Shown: positions 59,613 through 64,000 of the stretch, one piece after another | Position numbering within the stretch: position 1 is the stretch's first letter | How the letters are laid out: every line of letters starts with the position of its first letter | NCBI RefSeq assembly: GCF_018977255.1 | Contig: NW_024704743.1 | Span: 10,790,001 to 10,854,000, forward strand | Reading direction: 5' to 3' | DNA: 64,000 nt | Source of the DNA: Callorhinchus milii | Lineage: Eukaryota | Translations under genes and position numbers: made by a program | The notes under the pieces: generated by a model | What the model was told of the DNA's origin: nothing | Seen by the model: the letters and a program-made list of their open reading frames with translations, nothing else | Database searches by the model: none

Positions 59613-60903
59613 AGCCAGGAAAGGAGAGGTGAGGGTAGTGGAAGTGATTCCTATTTGATCAAACGCACAACAGAATCTTAATCTACTGAGCTATTTGTCC
59701 AGTTAGAAATACCCATAAAAGATACACTAATATTTTATCTTCAGCACTATAAGCTTGCCAAACATGTAATGATCCATCAAAAAAGCCACCTTTTGAATAT
59801 ACCTTGCCCAAATGGAATCAGATTTTACAGAATAGATTGTCTGTACTTTACCAGAAAAAAACAAACACTCTTGTAAATTGTTAAAAAGCTGGCATGAGCA
59901 CTGAACTGAATGAAGAGTTTTATGTCTAAATCAGACCATAGGATGTTTCTGTATCAATGTTTATTATCCAATTCAAGATCCCTTTGGTTTCAAGCGTGCT
60001 GAAACTCTGCCCGGTGTGAAGGGCACTATATGAATGCAAGCAGTTGTTGTTGTTTAAATGCAACTGCTCCTTTTGCTGAAGTATATTTGTACAGTGACAA
60101 AATCTTGCACATACAAGGGTGACCCCTGCTATAAGACATTCCGCTTTACCTCAGGTCTATTGAGCGGATATACTGAAACCCAACCTACACCAGAAACATG
60201 AGGCTTACCTGCTCACAAAACACACAGTTTACAGTATATTCTGCGAAGAGCTTTGAGACGTCCTCCCAATGTGAAAGCCACAATATCAAATGTAAGCATT
60301 ATTATCATTATTGTTATTATTATTATTTTCCACATTGCACCAATGCCAGTAATGCCTGCAATAAAGGTGTACTTTTTTTACATTTTTAGTGTGAAATGAT
60401 TAAATTAATAGCTCATTCCATTGATTTAGCAACAACAAGGGTTCAAATCTCAGTCTTTCAACCACACGCAAAATGAATTAATTTCACTGCCAGCTCTAAA
60501 AATATCCTTGTCCGCACATTCAAATCCCGACTGACCTTGCCCCATCCTACTTACAATTTGTCTACAAATATGCTGCCAATAATAATAATAATGATAATAA
60601 TAATAATTCTTGCAGTTGCCAAAACATTTCCGGTAAAATGTGGTGACTGTATAATTTTGTAGGCAAATTGGCAGCTAATTTGTGCACAGCAGTGTACCAA
60701 ACAGGAAATTTAAGGAAATTTTATTTGTAGGATGCTGACCAGGACACTGGGAGACAAAATCCCTTCCCTTTTCCAGAAGTGCAGTAAGGACTAAAGGACC
60801 AAATGACTTGTGGCTTGAACATACCATTCACAAAGTGCTAAATAAGTCCGTGAAGCATTTTGAGACATTTAGATTCCATGATAAGAAGCTTTAGAATGGA
60901 AGA

Positions 60904-60944
<41 letters not shown>
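60904..60944. repeat. (TTA)n microsatellite expanded from a SINE tail
   Basis: Long trinucleotide run after gtgaagcattttgagacat...gaatggaaga. Confidence 0.9.
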
Positions 60945-62479
60945 CTAGGTTTGTCTTGGGCTAACTTATTTCCCCTCCTTTACTTATTTATTGGTCTCTA
61001 ATATCTATGTTTCACTTTGGGTCTTGGCCCTTCACTTGACTTGTCCCAAAGAATAAAAAACAGTGCAAAGAGATGTACACATATTTCCATGTGCATTAAT
61101 CTGTGTTTCTAATTCTGCCATTCAACTTCATAATACAATACAAATTTACAGTGGTTTTTCACCTTTCACTTCAGGAGGACATACCAAAGTCACTTAAGGA
61201 TCCTGGCTTGACAGCTGAGCTGGGAGGAAACTGAGAGGGGAGGGGAGGAGAAAGGTGACTGAAAGCACTGCAAAAGAAAGAGGTAGGTCTTAAGATGCAC
61301 CTTGAATGGAGTGATGTAGGGAATGACTTGGAGAGACTCCAGGATTGAGATCAAGAGAATGGGGGCAGATAGACTGAAAACCCTTAATGGATTTCAAAGT
61401 CCAAAAACCCCTAGAGCCCATCCCTGAAGGCCTAACAGGTTTGGAGATCATAGGGGTTATGGATTCCACTTGCGGGAACCGTGGCTAAAACCGCAGTGCC
61501 GTAAAACCAACTGCCAGAGAATTATAAGAACGAGATACATAGACATCGATATTAAAACCAAGAACAACTTTTATTTTTACATTTCAGACAAGGAAAATTC
61601 TCTCATCAGCAGGCCACCCGGTAATGAACATGCTCTCAAATCGTTGTAACAATATATAAAAGATTCCAAGGCTTTCATGTTAAAGAAAAGCACTCCAACA
61701 AGTCACAGAAATAATGAGAAATGCACTCTGTGGTTGACAAGAGATGTTTTCTTTACAATGTGAAAGGTGTGAACAGGCAGTTTTATTCAAATGGAAAACA
61801 GTCATTAGGCTCAAGGTGTCAATAATTTCTTCCTCTGCCAGAGGAGAAGGCTAAGTATTTAACATGCTTCACCTGCTGTAGTAAATTGCATTGCATAGGG
61901 AATAATATTCCCTGCATTTATCAGTCTCAAACGATTTTATTGTGACTGTGTAGTTACCGTGTATTTGTAGGCAAACGAGTAACTGGAGAGTGAGCAAATT
62001 TCTTCAAAGTTGCGGGAAGAAGAAACAAACTGATCATCACATTGAACCTGTTTGGAGGTGGGGTGGTAGTGGAGTGGGGGGGAGTTGGCTGCAACTTATA
62101 ACAAAGGAAAACGTCATTGAATTTTAGTTCTTCTTCAGTTCCAGGAAACTTTGGGTTTTCCCCATCTACAGTGCTGCGTAACTGAGAGAATTGGGTTATT
62201 ACTGACTGCAGAGGGACAAACTCCAAGCAAATCAGGAACTTAAGCTCCAGAAACTCTCCAATTTGAAATGCTTGTGAGAAAGTCTACTTGCAACCAGCTC
62301 ATCTGTGTTACACATCATTTTAGAGACACCAAGATTATGTCCCACATCTATTTTTCAAATCAACAAGCTTTTTGTTGTATCTCTCAGCCTTAGTATGATC
62401 TTTGCTGCTTGGCTCTCAGTCCTCTCTGTTCTTCTAACATACTGTTGAAGGTTGAGTGCAATAAACAGCCCACAGTATT

Positions 62480-62822
62480 AATAATAAGAATAAGAATCTT
62501 TCCATTTGATATAGCGTCTTATCAAATCTTTGAGGCGTCTCAAAGCGCTTCACAGAGTATACTGTATAGTGAATTGGCTGCATATTTAGTGGGAAAGCAT
62601 TGCAGCCAATTGCACACAGCAGTCATGGATTGAAGTGACCCTTTTTTTTAAGGAATTATTACCATCGGAAAAGCGATCTGCCAATCAACTAACAACTTGG
62701 ATCCTACTTACTTTTAGGTGAGCAGAGGTGTGTGGAGTAAGGAAATTTGCCCATCATATCACCCTGCCCAGGTCTCTTGCTTGGGAGGCAAGTGCTCTAA
62801 TCACTGAGCTATAGGACTCCAC
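62480..62822 (-). mobile_element. SINE-B, near full length
   Basis: Reverse head gtggagtcctatagctcagtgattagagcac, B internal segment, tail. Confidence 0.88.
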
Positions 62823-63029
62823 ACTGTATTCTCCAAATATGGCCTCACCAGTGATCTATATACAGTTGGATTAACTTAATTTGATTTATAGACTCGTGGC
62901 TTCAATTAGCAATTTAGCATTTGATTATCTTTGTTGACAGCAGGACCACATTTTCACAAGAGATTATATAATAATAGTCAGAATTCTTATATTTGATTCA
63001 GCATTTAGTCACATCATCGTGACGTCTCA

Positions 63030-63520
63030 ATTGATTTCAAGATCCTCATCCTCACCTACAAGGCCATTCACGGCCTTGCTCCCTCCTACCTCTCCAACCT
63101 ACTATCCCCCTACCCACCTGCCCGTACCCTCCGTTCCTCCGGCTCCGGTCTGCTCCACGTCCCCCGCCCCAACCGCCCTACCATCGGTGGTCGGGCCTTC
63201 AGCCTCTCAGCCCCTAGGCTCTGGAACTCTATCCCCCAGTGCCTTCGCCTTGCTTCCTCCCTCTCCTCCTTCAAGGCCGGTCTCAAAACCTTTCTCTTTG
63301 ACCGAGCCTTCAGCTCCGCTCTCAACTCTCTTCCCCCTCCTCGCTCCCTCCCTTCCCTCCCCTCACCCTGACCATTTCCCCCCTCCTCGCTCCCTCCCTT
63401 CCCTCCCCTCACCCTGACCATTTCCCCCCTGCTCAGGTCATGACCCAACTGTGCAGCGCCTTGGGACGTCCTCCTGACGTGAAAGGCGCTTTATAAATGG
63501 AATCTTGTTGTTGTTGTTGT
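63030..63520 (+). mobile_element. L2-a 3' fragment with a 46-bp tandem duplication
   Basis: High identity to 52860-53307; (TTG)n tail. Confidence 0.95.
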
Positions 63521-63819
63521 CTCAAAGTGTTTCACAGGATTCTATTCTATTCTAGAATGTATTTGTGGGCAGATCACAAGAGAGGTTCAGATGAAATAAG
63601 TGTTTCAGTCCATTTCATTTCATTCCCCCAGAATACTAACAACACCAACTTCCCGTTGCTGCTTCAAAAAAGTTTTATTTAAATTTGTTTATTTAAATGG
63701 CCTTGGGACATCCTCCAAAGCTGAGAGGCACTATACAAATGCAATTTGGTGTTTTTGTTGTTGAGTCCAGTGTCCTGACCTCTACCATCTTTCAGTTGAT
63801 AAACCAGCTGTTAATAATT

Positions 63820-64000
63820 GATAATAATCCTTACATTTAATATAGCAACTATCATATCTTTGAAACATCTCAAAGCACTTCATAGGATTTTACTGCAGAG
63901 TGCAGTGACTGTGTATTTTGTAGGTGAAAGCAGCGGACGATTTGCACACAGCAAGGTCCCACAAGCAGCTATGAGTGACCAATTTTATCTGGGAGATTCT
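63820..64000 (-). mobile_element. SINE-C 3' part, cut by the window end
   Basis: Reverse tail and body. Confidence 0.8.

Noticed and set aside
61954..62226. 90-aa minus ORF with a good splice acceptor
   Set aside because: No convincing donor or recognisable protein, and it ends in a SINE remnant.

Overview
This is eukaryotic, repeat-dense, apparently non-coding (intronic or intergenic) DNA. The repeat content points to a cartilaginous fish, probably a chimaera such as Callorhinchus; this is an inference from recalled repeat families, not a database result. No host protein-coding gene, rRNA, true tRNA gene or CRISPR array can be supported. Every recognisable ORF is a decayed LINE ORF2 or an alternative or antisense frame of one. 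The window holds L2 LINEs of at least three age or tail classes (my labels L2-a, b, c), including a near full-length single-ORF copy at 28067-31560 (-) and a 2.3 kb copy at 51040-53307 (+). It also holds many CR1 3' fragments, three related tRNA-headed SINE types with L2-type tails (my labels SINE-A, B, C), and a Penelope-like remnant. The most interesting signals are: (1) a minimal hammerhead ribozyme motif in the Penelope-like terminal repeat; (2) a stepwise module-swapping series among the SINEs; (3) compensatory base-pair changes in the LINE/SINE 3' stem-loop; (4) many templated-insertion scars at retroelement junctions; (5) a repeat-free island with a Pbx-Hox/Meis motif cluster. Coordinates of old repeats are approximate, to within tens of bp.
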